64,000 nt of DNA from Eutreptiella sp. 'Long Island Sound 2002' (taxonomy: Eukaryota; Protista; Euglenida). Under the pieces are notes generated by a model that was given only the letters and a program-made list of their open reading frames with translations, was not told where the DNA came from and made no database searches. Shown here piece after piece: positions 1-13,427 of the stretch (within the stretch, counting starts at the first letter, position 1; the number at the start of each line of letters is the position of its first letter). Location: positions 26,226,001-26,290,000 of the forward strand of contig OZ038379.1 of the NCBI GenBank assembly GCA_964036045.1, given 5' to 3'. A program made the position numbers and the translations under genes.

Positions 1-212
1 TTGGGGCTGACTATGACACACTGCCCCCCATCTGTTTCACGGGTAAGGGTTCGGAGGGTTGGCCCCATACCCCTTAGGCGTTCCTTCACCCTGGTGACAT
101 CTCTGTCTATCTGTGGGACGGCCTGCATGTGTCCGCGGAGGACATCCCTTAGGAGGTAGTTGCCGGAGTTGAGCGCCTTCAGCAGCTCTACTACCACCGT
201 CACCCACATTCG

Positions 213-1332
213 TTAGTCCGGCGGCTCTACCCCCAGTACCTCATACACCACCTCCCGAGGGGTGGGACGTGCCATACCAAACACGTCCCTGTATGGCCTG
301 ATTATCGCCCCCACCATGTTGTCACACAGCTGCTCCGTGGGCACATTAACCACCACCGTGTATTTCATTTTGTTCACCACCACCCCTTCCAGTATCATAT
401 GCCCCACCGCTTGCGACACGGGCCAGACACGGGCCAGTGGTGGAGCTTGGGCTTGACCCGTTTGATACCACGTTTCACCTCCTTGAGTATCTTTACTGCC
501 CCCCCCCACCGGGTTGGCATTCGCCCCCAAGAAACGCACATGAGTGTCATTCCTGGCCTCTGGGATGCCGTCGGTTCCCCACAGGAGGCCCGGTTGTACC
601 GTTGCTATCCCCTTACCTCTGGCCTCAAGGTGCAATCCCCAGAATTTCCCCACATTGCACCGTTGGCCACACATACGTACCAGCACTCGCACCCTGTCCA
701 GCTGCCTGGCACACTCTTGGGGCGTGTCCCCCAGGACCCCCGTGTCGTCTATGAGCCCCATTGTACCCACCACATGCATACCCTGCATCCCCTGTGCTTT
801 GATCCCCCCATTGGTGTATTGGATGTCCTTGTGAAGGGGTATGGTCGCCAGAACGCACAGCAGGGGGTCTAGCCCCCCCCCCCCCCCTGTACCACCCCCC
901 CAAGCTGCTCATACCAGGCGGACAGTCCGAACGCCGTGACCACGTACGTGCAAAGGTCCCTGTAGAATTGCAGCAGTTCCCTAGTAATTGCCCCCACCCC
1001 CCCTGGGCAGCCTGTCTACCACCGTCTGTATCACGGACCGGACCACCTCATCAAAGGCAGCTGCTATATCTAGGAACACCACCGACACACTACCCCGGTT
1101 AAGCCCCACATGTAGAAGGGTGTGCAAGAGCCGGCGTAGACCCACTGCGCTTGCACCCTTGTATGCCGCAAAATTGGCAGTTAGCGAAATCTTCTGGGGA
1201 GCGGATACCTTGGAGGTGCCTGTTGAGCACCTTTGCCCGCAGGCGGAGCAGGGCCGAGAGGATTTTGATCGGCCTAGTGTGCTTGTTGATATCATCCCCC
1301 GCCCCCTTTTCAAAAGCCATGTGCAGCGCCAT
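213..1332 (-). pseudogene. Reverse transcriptase (non-LTR type), frameshifted
   Basis: RPI-LLS-like motif, FLD-x-x-x-AFD motif and LIDD (YADD position) occur in the expected order across three frames. Confidence 0.75.
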
Positions 1333-2151
1333 TTAACATTCCTCTGGCCATGTGTGCATCGGCTGGTTTAGTATGTCGAGTACCCGTCTCAAACCCCTGA
1401 CCCCCATGCAGTCTATTCCCGTCGTCTTGTTAGTGACCTAAGGTATCACTTCACACAATTGTATGAAGTCCAAGTTGGTGGTCCTAGTGCTCTCTTGGTG
1501 TGCTCGGTATTTTTGTGTGATGTGTTCGTGTTGCCTTTCCCCCTTCCACACCCGTATCTTGTGCAGCCACACTTCTGGGAGATGTATGTGTTGTGCTTTG
1601 TATTTCTTTGCGCACTCGTGGGGCGTTGTCTGCAGTAGATCTGGCCCTTTGACAAGCACATTCGCTGTGGTGTCTTGTACCTGGTCTAGCGTGCGCACTT
1701 GTGCATTGTTGGTTAGTTTCAGCACACGCATGGTGTCCCCCCTCAGCCCTGTCGCCGCCACTGCATCCCACTGCTGTATGGCCACCCCCCAATAGCGCTC
1801 GGATAGTTGGTGCTGCCAGTCTGGTCCCACCCTATGCCCCTGGCCCTCCAGGATTAGCTTAGCGTCTTGCAGCCGGCGTTGCACCTGCTCCGGCGTTGCA
1901 CCCGCCCTGTGCTCTCCACTTGTGCGCGCGCAGCACCGCCTACCGCTACCAGGCATTCTCTGTAGATCTGTACCCACTCCCTTGTTGAGGCTGTCCCCCG
2001 TGCTACAGCTTCTACCAAGTCCGCCAGTGTTTGTTTGTCCGGCAGTGTCCACTTGTTCGTGCCGATGGGCCTGTTATGGGCTGCCTTGTCCTCGGGCTTC
2101 GGCCCCACAGTCGCTACTACCCATACCACCGGATGGTCTGCTAGGCGGGAA

Positions 2152-2540
2152 GAAAATTGCTCTGCCGGGGGGGGGGGGGGCATGGAAGCCCATTTTCCCA
2201 ATCCCCCCCTCCCTCCTTGGCCGCCGTGACGGGATGGGGGGGTTCAGGGCGGGGGTGCCCGACCTGCCGTGCCGGGGGGGGGGGGGGTCAACCCAACTTC
2301 TATGGCTCAAAATGATACCCACGTCGCGCTGATCATTTTGAGTAGTCAAATGTGGGGGGGGGGAATTATTGGTGGACAAAACTTTTTCGGGCCAAGTTTT
2401 GTGTTCCTGTGCCTTTGGCGCCAACATCCGTTCTTACACAAAACAAAAGGCCCGACACGAAACCCCATTTCTCCAACCCCCCCCCCCGTCCTTCGGCGGG
2501 TGTCCATGTCACCCCCCCCCCCCCGCAGAGCAATTTTCAG
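2152..2540. mobile_element. ~390-bp MITE-like insertion in the LINE
   Basis: Inverted ends GAAAATTGCTCTGC(C)G12-14 at ~2152 and C13GCAGAGCAATTTTC at ~2511-2540. No TSD resolved. Confidence 0.5.
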
Positions 2541-4342
2541 GTTGCCCTATATGCCGCAGCCATTGTCCCCCTTGGGTGCACGGCAGACCCCTTGTCACCA
2601 CAAAGTCCTTGGGCAGGGGGGTTGTGTGGGTCATAGGCTGTACTTGTGCACCCAATCGCTTGAGGATTCTGAGGGTTGGGGCGTGCCGGCGGATTTCCCT
2701 GTTCCAGCCCCCCCCCCCCCCCATATGCTCCACACTGTGTGCATAAGGGCATGGGTTTGCTCGATCACTATGGCCTGTGCTTCATACTCGCTCTCTTCGG
2801 CCCTGTGCGGCATGTGGCAGCTCGTGGCTACTCCCACCCCCATCTCTGTTTGGATTAGCACTCAGAGGGTGTGTCTGCTATCTTGCAGAACCGCCACTTT
2901 TTTCCCCTAGCTCGCCCTGCACCACACTTTTGCGCACTGTCCCCTCTTGTTGATCTCTGCTCGGACGCTCTAGAATCCAGGGACACTCCTGTGCGCTTGC
3001 CCGCCTTCTGCCCCGCACGTTTTTTGCACGAGGATCACACTAGCCTGTGTGGTCTCGATCACTTGTGTCAACTGGTCCGACTTGGTGTGGTCCATCTCAT
3101 CCCCTTTTCGATTGATCCCCTGCAAATGGCAGTAATAATCCTAGTGTGGAGCTCCTTGGCCTGCATGCCCTCCGGCACCCTCATGGCACTCCATGCTTGG
3201 GCCCTATACCGCGGCTGTGGTGGCACATCTTGCCTCCACTGTACCCATAAATGCAGCCGGCGGTGGTCCTCGTACTGCTTAGTGCGTATCCGCACAACCT
3301 CCTGTGTGTAGCTTGTTGACCCCTTGCCCTATTGAAGCTGTCGGCACAGTGCATGCCACTACCCGAGGTGGTCCACTGGCTTGGGCTCCCACCGACGTGC
3401 TGTCACCCGTGGGGGGCTCACAACCACTTGCCAGCAGTGCCCCTCCACTACCATCCACAGCTTGACTGTGGTGTCCACATCCTGTATGCCATCCGTGATC
3501 CGCACTGAGCATATGACTTGTGTCGCTATGACTGCCTTGTCCACTGTCAGCTGGAACCTCGCAGTGCCACACACGTAGTCCCCTGAGTATACTTTGCCCG
3601 TTTCCCGTGCCGCCCCTGCCCCCACCAGGTACACTTGCCGTCTGCCAACCTTTTCCCCCCCTCCCGTGGTCCTTTTCCCCACGAGATGTGGCGGAAGCAC
3701 CTTGTGGAGGTTGATCTCTTCCTCTTGCATGTTGGGTTTCCGGTATTCCATCTTTGGATACTTGGGCGTTGGCTCCCTTGTACTCCCTCTTGCTGTGAGG
3801 ACCCCCTGGTACCGGGTATCCACCCCTTGGCCAATTGCCTGTTATCCCCCCGCCTTGTCCGTTTTCCTCCTCTTTGCCTGCGGGAGCCCCATTGTCTTGT
3901 GCACCTTGGGGGTGTAGGATTCTCGGGCGTGTTTGGGGAATGCGTCCCCGTGTTGTATCTCAAGGAGTCTTTTGCTTGCCGCTCCATCCCACTGTTGGGC
4001 TTCTCCTGGGTCGTTCTGCACCCCCTTGGTCTTTTCCTCCCTGGCTGGCACTTGCTGCCATATGCCATACTTAAGCGTCATGGCATGTACATGTGCTTGC
4101 TCCTGTTCGCCCCATGTGCTCATCTGTACCACCCCGTCCGGTTCTCCCACTTGGCCATAACCCCACACACTTATGAACGCCTGAGTGGCCGTGTACGGGG
4201 GGAGGGTTGTGAAGATCTGGTCCTTGTGGTCACTGAGCATCATACCTGTGATCGGTATTTCCATCGCGGACTGCTTTGCCGTTGTCGTTGACTTGGGGAC
4301 CAGGCCCCCCACACGCCGCATTGCTTCTAGCACCCTGAGCTC

Positions 4343-5681
4343 TCAAACATGAACATGGTCCACTTTGGATGGATCCCGTTCGCCGGTGACGGCCAGCTCC
4401 TCTGCCTTGCTCGCATCCACCATGAGGCCGGGCAGTTGGTCCCCCTGCACCCACTTTATGACCTCTCCATGATGCCGCGCCATGGACTTGAACTTCGTGA
4501 AGTCGAGTCCCACCCGCTTGAACACATCTTGGCACACTCGGTAGAGGTCCATCGGATCAACGTCATTGATCTCTGTGATGCTGACACGCTTGAGGCGGTC
4601 ACAGCGCTTGCCAAGCCGTTGCACTGTCACCTGGGCCTTACCCGTGCCTACCACGCACTTGTCCTTGCGCCCGGGGTCATCCTCCGCCTTATGGGCGGGC
4701 TTCGGTGTTCTCAGGGATTTGTCTGGAGCGTGGCTCTGGCCTTTGTGGGGTTTTGGTGCTAGGCCCTGGCGATATCACTTCTTGTGTACCCTTCTGTCGC
4801 TTGTTGCGATCTCCTTCCTCGGGACCCATGTCTAGACACCTCTTGCCGATGCGTTCTTGGACGTCTTGATCCATTTGGTGTCGCGCCGCGCGCTCTTGTT
4901 GGACGTACTCCACCAACAGTGTTCTCCACCATGTGCTTTCTTCATCTCCAGCCGTTCACACACCCGCAAAGGTTTCCTTAACTACAGTGGTGGACGGTAT
5001 TAGCAGCAGGTTGGCAGGCATGGAGGCCGTGTACTTGGTTGATATTATGGCGAGGAGGGTGTCCTCCTCCGCTTGGCTGAGGGGGCTCAGGGTCTGCAGC
5101 AGTGCTTCTGTCTGTTTGCGCTTCGCCCTGACCTGCTGCACCGAGGCGTTCTCTTCGAAGTCCGGTCCCCCCTCCGGGTCTGAATGGAGCCCCATGGCCT
5201 CTTCTAGGATCTCTGGCATCAGCTGGCTCCACACCCACCAGATCTCCTTCTGCGAGTTCACCTTGGCCCCTGACAGTTCCCCTCGCACTGTTTTGGTGGA
5301 TACCTGGCGGCCGACCTCCATGAGGGGGCCACACATCTTGCATTTGTCCTTGATTTCTTTGTACGACTTCTGGTATTTGTTTGCCGTTGACCCATAAACC
5401 GTGGCCGTGATTCGCGTTTCATCTCCGGCATCCAGGCTTGCTACCATCTCCACGAATCTGCGCGTCTCTTTTGCCGGATCTTCCGCTCTCATCTACGCGC
5501 ACACTTCCGCATCAACCCTGCCCGCCCAGAGCAGGAGCGTGAGCAACTTGGCCTGTTGGCCGTCTCGTTGGAGCCACACAGAGAGTTCCTCCTGTACTAG
5601 GGATCCTGTCCCTGGCGTCCACTGTACGCATCCCGCTTGGGGGCTCGGTTGTAGCCGGCCCTTTTCCATATTGAATTCCAT
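4343..5681 (-). pseudogene. ORF1/gag-like coding remnant of the LINE
   Basis: ORFs 5493-5681 and 4956-5492 are in frame and separated by one stop. Further fragments at 4343-4916 have protein-like composition. No domain recognised. Confidence 0.35.
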
Positions 5682-6274
5682 GTCTCAGGACATGTGGCAG
5701 CGCTAAGCGTCCCTCAATCTTTGTCACCCCGCCCCCCCGCCCCCCGCCCATTCCCCTTCGGTACTACGTCTATCATGTCCGTCTCTTTATGTGGCCCGAA
5801 AGTCATGCTCGCAGCCTGGGGCTTGGACCTTTGCTCAGTCCCATACATTACATTGCCGGGGACTCGGGTTGTAACGTGTGTTCCATCCCCTCACTGGGCC
5901 CAAGACCTAGGGCCGGCTGCGCCTGTTTTCTTGGCGTCCTCCCGTTTTCTCTTACTCGTCCCCTCCCTGTTGCTCACTTTCCTGCTACCTTGTACCAACA
6001 ACGTCGTGCTCGGTATGTCTTATGCTTTGGGCTGCTTCGCGTGCGCGCGTTGCCCTATGCTACTCGGTTGGCCGTCCGCACTCACAGCGCTGTGTGTTCC
6101 GCGGTTTTGCGTCGCCCATCTTTCCACCCTCTTTGACTTGGATTGGTCTCTTTCTAGGACGTCATGTGAGAAGCGGAGCATGATACGCATCCTTCCCTCT
6201 CTCTGTCCCTCTTAAGCGGTCTTAAGCCCCGTCCTATTCACCTCTTCTCCGGTCGGAGCCTTGCCCTGGAAAGA

Positions 6275-6276
<2 letters not shown>

Positions 6277-6318
<42 letters not shown>

Positions 6319-6320
6319 AT

Positions 6321-6364
<44 letters not shown>

Positions 6365-6454
6365 ACACACACACACACACACAATTGCGAAGCACAAAAC
6401 AACAATAGTGGCCGGGTGTGAATCCTCGTCGGTTGGCGTCCAAAAGACATGTCC

Positions 6455-6506
<52 letters not shown>
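6277..6506. repeat. (CA)n (6277-6382) and (TA)n (6455-6506) microsatellites
   Basis: Direct reading. Confidence 0.97.
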
Positions 6507-6507
6507 T

Positions 6508-7704
6508 ACTACACCCCTCTCCCCTTAAATTTAGCTAACAACAAGCAACAAGCAACAACAAGCAACAACAAGCAACAACACGTCTCCTTGCCGTTTTGGC
6601 CATTGCTCCGTCCCAACGCTTCGGATCATTTGCCCATGTAGCCATCTTGGAGCCTAGGTGGTGCCCTTGCCAAATCCAAGTTTTGAGCCAAAAAATCACC
6701 AGTGGCGGCCCGGGGCGGTGGCGCCAAGTCGGAAGGGGCCCTCCCAAATCTGCGCTGTTTTGGGCCAAAAACAGCCATTTTCGCCCAAATCAGCCCCAAA
6801 AACCGCACGAAACGCCCAAACGAAGGGAAACGGTGGCCACACTCCACGCGCGGCTTGACTTCACCGTGTCAAAGAGCCCTCTGGTGCCCTTCAACTCCAC
6901 GATATGTCCGAGAAACGGCCCAAAAAGGCGCCAAAAAGCCCCAAAATCTGCGCCATGTGCACCAGCACCCCGAAACCAAGAGCGGGCCGTATCTTGGGCT
7001 ACGTGGCTCAAAAACGAATTCCGAGGGCACCTAATCCACCCGCAACCCCCCACTTTTTGTGGTTTCCAAGTGTTAGAATCGCCCAACGAGACACGTAGAC
7101 CCCCGTACCACTGGTCACTTGGTGCAGCCGGAGGGCCGGCCAGCCCACGCACAGTGGGGGCCAACGGTGGGTCCACAAGGGTCCCCGGGTCGACAAAAAT
7201 CATTTTTTCCAAAGTTGTTCCTAGACCACTTGGGATGCTCAAACAAGTGTTTTTAGGCCGTTTTGAGCCCGTGGTGGCGCGTTTGGGGCCATGGAAAATC
7301 CCAAAATGCCTTGAAAATGGGCCGTTTTGGGACCAACAATGGGTCAAAAATGGGTCAAAAACGTGTTTTTTCAAAAATGATCCTGGACCATTTATGATGC
7401 TCAAACAAGTGGTTTTCGCCCATTTTGAGCCCGTGGCGACGTGTTTTGGCCCATGGAAAATCCCAAATTGCCTTGAAAATGGGTCGTTTTAGGACCAAAA
7501 GTGGGTCAAAAATGGGTCAAAAACGCAGTTTTCCAAAAGTGATCCTGGACGATTTGGGATGCTCGGACAAGTGTTTTGAGCCCATTTTGAGCCCGTTTTG
7601 ACCGAGTTTAGCCCCTTCCACCGGATGTATGCACCACTTTGTGCCCTTCGCACGTACCTTAGAGCCATGTGGTGGAGCAACCTAGAGTTGGGAGAGGGGT
7701 GTAG
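6508..7704. mobile_element. Non-coding interspersed repeat, copy 1, bracketed by TACACCCCTCTCCC / GGGAGAGGGGTGTAG
   Basis: Homologous to 8200-9320 along its length. Internal subrepeats CCATTTTGAGCCCGTGG, GGAAAATCCCAAAATGCCTTGAAAATGGG and AAAAATGGGTCAAAA. The predicted ORFs are not protein-like. Confidence 0.7.
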
Positions 7705-7710
7705 ATTGGA

Positions 7711-9320
<1,610 letters not shown>

Positions 9321-9347
9321 CAAAAGCAAGTGAAATTTTGTGTCCTC

Positions 9348-10060
9348 TTTGGTACCAAGGGATGAGTCATCCTTGCTGTGTTTTGCCGTTCTTGTGCTTC
9401 GTTCATTGTGCCCTTTGCTCTTAGTGCTTGGACTTGGAGTACAGGTGTACTCTTAACGGAGTTACCTTCACATTCACGCCATGTCTAATCATGGGAGCAG
9501 GACTTGCAAAAATAGTGTGGAGTGTTTGGTACAAGAGGGACGAGTAGTTCCTTGTCTTTTTTTGCCGTTTGTGTGGTTATTCTTCCGTGCCCTTTGCTCG
9601 TAGTGAGTGGACTTGGAGTACAGGTGTACTCTTAACGGAGTTACCTTCACATTCACGCCAAGTATAAGAGGGACGAGTAGTTCCTTGTCGTGTTTTGCCG
9701 TTTGTGTGCTTTGTTCTTTCGTGCCTTTTGCTCTTAGTGATTGGACTTGGAGTACAGGTGTACTCTTAACGGAGTTACCTTCACATTCACGCCATGTCTA
9801 ATCATGGGAGCAAGAGTTGGTACAAGAGGGACGAGTAGTTCTTTGCCGTGTTTTGCCGTTTGTGTGCTTTGTTCTTCTCTGCCCGTTGCTCTTAGTGTTT
9901 GGACTTGGAGTACAAGTGTACTCTTAACGGAGTTACCTTCACATTCACGCCATGTCTAATCAAAAGGCAAGAGTTGCAACAATAGGCTGGAGTTTTTGGT
10001 ACAAGAGGGACGAGTAGTTCCCTGCTGTGTTTTGCCGTTTGTGTGCTTTGTTGTTCCACG
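9348..10060 (+). repeat. Tandem array of 134-179-bp units, each a degenerate copy of the RepHel leader and start (polypyrimidine-AG, hairpin, ATG)
   Basis: Hairpins at 9443, 9622, 9756 and 9914. Unit tail CACGCCATGTCTAATCATGGGAGCAGGACTTGCAAAAAT aligns with RepHel start CGCACCATGTCAAATCGCTGGGAGCACGAGTTGCAACAAT. A fifth partial unit runs to ~10060. Confidence 0.9.
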
Positions 10061-10135
10061 GGTACCAAAAGGTGAGGTTCCGTTTGGGCTGGAGTACTAG
10101 TGGGTAGGAATGGGGCTCATTCTTTGGGAGGATAG

Positions 10136-10284
10136 GTAAGGCCCATCAACGCAAAACAAGATACTGCCATCCGGTTGGGTTTGAGGCTGTACAAGTATAG
10201 GCGTCACCAACATTATCAATGATGCTTCTACCCCCAAAGTAGTCACTTTGTTTTTTCCCAACTAATGTTTTTTCTTGCTCTCAG
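10136..10284 (+). other. Putative 5'-UTR spliceosomal intron of the RepHel gene
   Basis: Donor AG/GTAAGG at 10136, branch-like ACTAAT at 10261, pyrimidine tract and CAG acceptor at 10284 (alternative at 10287). Confidence 0.55.
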
Positions 10285-10302
10285 CAGTTGGATGTGGAGT
10301 AT

Positions 10303-10327
10303 AGGTGTACTCTTAACGGAGTTACCT
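10303..10327 (+). promoter_or_regulatory. Conserved hairpin element upstream of the RepHel ATG
   Basis: AGGTGTACTCTTAACGGAGTTACCT; 14 nt between its ...TACC and the ATG at 10341. Confidence 0.8.
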
Positions 10328-10340
10328 TTTATTTCGCACC

Positions 10341-13300
10341 ATGTCAAATCGCTGGGAGCACGAGTTGCAACAATGCTTGGACACGGACATTGACTTCCCG
10401 GTGGCCGAGTTCATCAAGCTGCATAGCAAAATCCCCCCGCCTACCATCCGTCGGCGACATGCGCAGTTGCGCGCCACGCTGATGAAGCGATTGCAAAAGC
10501 GCGCCGCACTTGGGATCCAAGCATCGACGGTGGCAAGTTTGAACACTCCTGAGTCCCAAGCTGCCAAGGGGTCTTGTGGAGGCAAGAGGAACACCGCGGA
10601 GTCCCAAGCCGACAAGGGCAAAAACAACACCGCGGAGTCGCAAGCGGCCAAGGGGTCTTGTGGAGGCCAGAAGAACACCTCGGAGTCCCAAGCCGACAAG
10701 GGCAAGAAAAACACCGCGGAGTCCCAAGCGGCAAAGGGTTCAGCTGGAGGCAAGAAGAACACCGCGGAGTCGCAAGCGGCCAAGGGGTCTTCTGGAGGCA
10801 AGAAGAACACCTCGGAGTCCCAAGCCGACAAGGGCAAGAAAAACACCGCGGAGTCCCAAGCGGCAAAGGGTTCAGCTGGAGGCAAGAAGAACACCGCGGA
10901 GTCGCAAGCGGCCAAGGGGTCTTGTGGAGGCAAGAAGAACATCTCGGAGTCCCAAGCCGACAAGGGCAAGAAAAACACCGCGGAGTCCCAAGCCATCAAG
11001 GGCAAAAAGAACACCGCGGAGTCCCAAGCGGCCAAGGGTTCCTTCGGAGGCATAAACAACACGCCAGAATCGCAACGGAATAAGGGCATCGTTGGTGGAC
11101 ACGGCAATACGCCAGAGAAGCAGCACATCAAGGCATCGGGGCGTCGTCATTGCGGGGTCGTTCGTACAGTGTCTCGGGAGTTGTTCCGTGTTAATGCATC
11201 ATCGCCGTCCAACATTTCTTTGAAGTCAGTTCGAGAGTATTGGCTTGATGGTTTGGACACTTTGTACTCACCACTTTTTGATGCACTTTGCTACCGGTGT
11301 GGTCAACTCCTTTGGGGCCCAATAGGTGGGGGACACAAGTTTACGGTTCCACGCAATACTGACGAGATACGTACACAGACTTTGTTTGGCGTGCATCCCA
11401 CCGATTTGGTTACAAGTGGGATATTTGCATTCCGCAACGAGATGTTCGCCAATTACTTGAAGTACAAAAATGCACCGTTTCCAGTTCCCCCGCGATCTCC
11501 TGCACGTAGCACAAGTCGCTTTGTGGTGTATGACACTCCTGTTTGGCACTCCGCTACACGTATGTATGCTTGCCACGTTTGTAGCAAGTATTCCGCGAAG
11601 TATGACCCCATCAACTATGGCTACACTTTGGATGGGGACATCCATTACAATATCCCCTCAAAAATTGCGGACCTCACCGAGTACCAGAAGCGACAAATTG
11701 CACTTGGGGCCCTCTACTCAAATACGCTGAAGCACGTGGATCTTCGTCACAAGCAATGGCACCATGCAATTGGTACCGTTGGTGTCGGCCGCAAGCCAAG
11801 CCAACACTACAATGCACTTTATGGTTTCATGACAATGAAAGAGGATATTTTGCGCGATTACCAAAAGCCCAAGGACAGCAAGCAAAGCAACCGTCAAATG
11901 AACCAAGCGTTGTTGCTGCTCAAAAAAATTCACCCTTTTTATTCTCGATTCTTGGCGCACTATGAGACGTTGTACCGATACTTGGAGAATGCGGCCACCA
12001 CCATGGGCACATTGACACAGCGTTCGTATGAAGACAAGTACGGGAAACGCTTGGAATACCATTTACAAGATGAGTACGTTGCTTGGGCTGTGGAGTGTGA
12101 TGCCCCTCGGAACATCATTCCGGATTTTGCTCCTCACTCGGACAAAGTGGGCTTCCTCCATCGGACACCCTTCCAGGGAGCGGGTGGGAACGTGACCACG
12201 GCCGCTCAATCGTTGGCCAATGACACTTATTTGCATTTTAACGACCCCAAGTTGGAACCGTGTGTATGGCCTGATTTGTATCCTGGGGGCGTTGGTGGAT
12301 ATACCGTAGGTTGCGGCATTGGATGTGCTGCCTACTACCGTAGTCGTTATCTTGCCTTTGATAGCCGATGGCGTCGGGACCGGTGGTGGTCCTTTTTCCA
12401 AGTGAGCAAAGAGATGAAAAACCAATTGATTTGGAATCAACAAAATTTCAAGGCTCAACGTGCGGATCGGGCAGAGGACATTACTGCAGCACATTTGAGA
12501 AGTGCAAGGAGTTCAACTGGTCCGAAACCGGCGCCAAAGAAATCTACCTCACAATCACCACACACGTCCTCGGAGTGTCCGCAAGGAAGTCAATGCACCC
12601 AGCCGAGTCAATCTTCACAATCCGCAACCCAAAGCACCCAACACCCTCCATCTAGTTCCCAATATGCAGCAACGTCAACAACACCGCCATCAACTCAAGC
12701 TACCCGTCAAGGCAAAAAGCCGCGTGCATGCTACCAGGACGGTGTAAATTCTATGAACCACAATCTGGAGCGTGAGGGGACCGATAAAGGTACGGCCGAG
12801 CTCAACCCGTATTATCGGTATGGAACTTATGTACCTTCAAAATTGGTTGGAACCCGTTCTTATTGGGCCTCGCGACATTTAGATCTTACAGCCATGAGTC
12901 GTGAACTTGGCAAAGCGGACCTTTTCATCACGTTGACCATGAATGACAACTGGGCCGATTTGCAAGCTGCTGTGCAAAAAGGGTGCCGTGCAGGAGCTGT
13001 GTGGCCTGGAGAATACCCCACAAACACAGGGCCAAACAAGCCAATCCAAGATGGCCACGATATGGAGGCTTGTGTGGCGTTTCACAAGCGGGTGGAGATA
13101 TTCAAGCGAGAGTTCTTGGCTATTGGCAAAAATGGTCCATTTGGAAAGGTGCGGGATTATTGGTTTCGATTCGAATATCAAGAGCGAGGCCGGGTGCATT
13201 TGCATGGCGTGGTATGGTGTGAAGCCAACAGCATTCCGGACGATGTGGTTTGCGCAACAATGCCCCGTGAAAGTGACGGCTTTGATCCAAAGTTCACAGC

Positions 13301-13427
13301 ATACCTACGGGATCTGTACGAGGAGTGCAACATGGTGCATCAATGCTACCCCGACAAGTGTTTCAATATTGGTCGTGGGCGTGTATGCACCAAGTGCAAG
13401 TCAGGTTATCCCTTTAGTGTGCCGTAG
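10341..13427 (+). CDS. Helitron RepHel, 5' part (SQ-rich repeat, Cys motifs, Rep motifs 1-2); ends at an in-frame TAG
   Basis: 1028-aa ORF with DLFITLTMND-x-W (Helitron Rep motif 1) and RFEYQERGRVHLHGVVW (HUH motif 2, ~13197-13205). The frame continues into the next ORF. Confidence 0.9.
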   Translation: MSNRWEHELQQCLDTDIDFPVAEFIKLHSKIPPPTIRRRHAQLRATLMKRLQKRAALGIQASTVASLNTPESQAAKGSCGGKRNTAESQADKGKNNTAESQAAKGSCGGQKNTSESQADKGKKNTAESQAAKGSAGGKKNTAESQAAKGSSGGKKNTSESQADKGKKNTAESQAAKGSAGGKKNTAESQAAKGSCGGKKNISESQADKGKKNTAESQAIKGKKNTAESQAAKGSFGGINNTPESQRNKGIVGGHGNTPEKQHIKASGRRHCGVVRTVSRELFRVNASSPSNISLKSVREYWLDGLDTLYSPLFDALCYRCGQLLWGPIGGGHKFTVPRNTDEIRTQTLFGVHPTDLVTSGIFAFRNEMFANYLKYKNAPFPVPPRSPARSTSRFVVYDTPVWHSATRMYACHVCSKYSAKYDPINYGYTLDGDIHYNIPSKIADLTEYQKRQIALGALYSNTLKHVDLRHKQWHHAIGTVGVGRKPSQHYNALYGFMTMKEDILRDYQKPKDSKQSNRQMNQALLLLKKIHPFYSRFLAHYETLYRYLENAATTMGTLTQRSYEDKYGKRLEYHLQDEYVAWAVECDAPRNIIPDFAPHSDKVGFLHRTPFQGAGGNVTTAAQSLANDTYLHFNDPKLEPCVWPDLYPGGVGGYTVGCGIGCAAYYRSRYLAFDSRWRRDRWWSFFQVSKEMKNQLIWNQQNFKAQRADRAEDITAAHLRSARSSTGPKPAPKKSTSQSPHTSSECPQGSQCTQPSQSSQSATQSTQHPPSSSQYAATSTTPPSTQATRQGKKPRACYQDGVNSMNHNLEREGTDKGTAELNPYYRYGTYVPSKLVGTRSYWASRHLDLTAMSRELGKADLFITLTMNDNWADLQAAVQKGCRAGAVWPGEYPTNTGPNKPIQDGHDMEACVAFHKRVEIFKREFLAIGKNGPFGKVRDYWFRFEYQERGRVHLHGVVWCEANSIPDDVVCATMPRESDGFDPKFTAYLRDLYEECNMVHQCYPDKCFNIGRGRVCTKCKSGYPFSVP
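10542..11123 (+). repeat. Coding minisatellite: 14 units of 36 or 48 nt (NTAESQADKGKK / NTAESQAAKGSxGGKK)
   Basis: Read from the translation; the frame is preserved throughout. Confidence 0.92.

Larger units (their letters stand above)
1..6230 (-). mobile_element. Decayed non-LTR (LINE-like) retrotransposon running off the left edge: ORF1-like region, probable APE-like region and RT, broken by stops, frameshifts and an insertion
   Basis: Collinear minus-strand fragments with non-LTR RT motifs: TRPIKILSALLRLRAKVL...QFCG (1099-1332), VVFLDIAAAFDEV (981-1313), GLIDDTGVLG (213-788). Long upstream coding-like fragments at 3359-5681. Boundaries are approximate. Confidence 0.7.

Noticed and set aside
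9443-9467. Hairpin motif as an rRNA fragment, spliced-leader exon, histone stem-loop or iron-responsive element
   Set aside because: The sequence does not match those consensus motifs as I recall them; only the IRE topology is similar.
10322-11131. 269-aa antisense ORF and other overlapping ORFs on the RepHel repeat
   Set aside because: Shadow frames of a stop-poor coding minisatellite.
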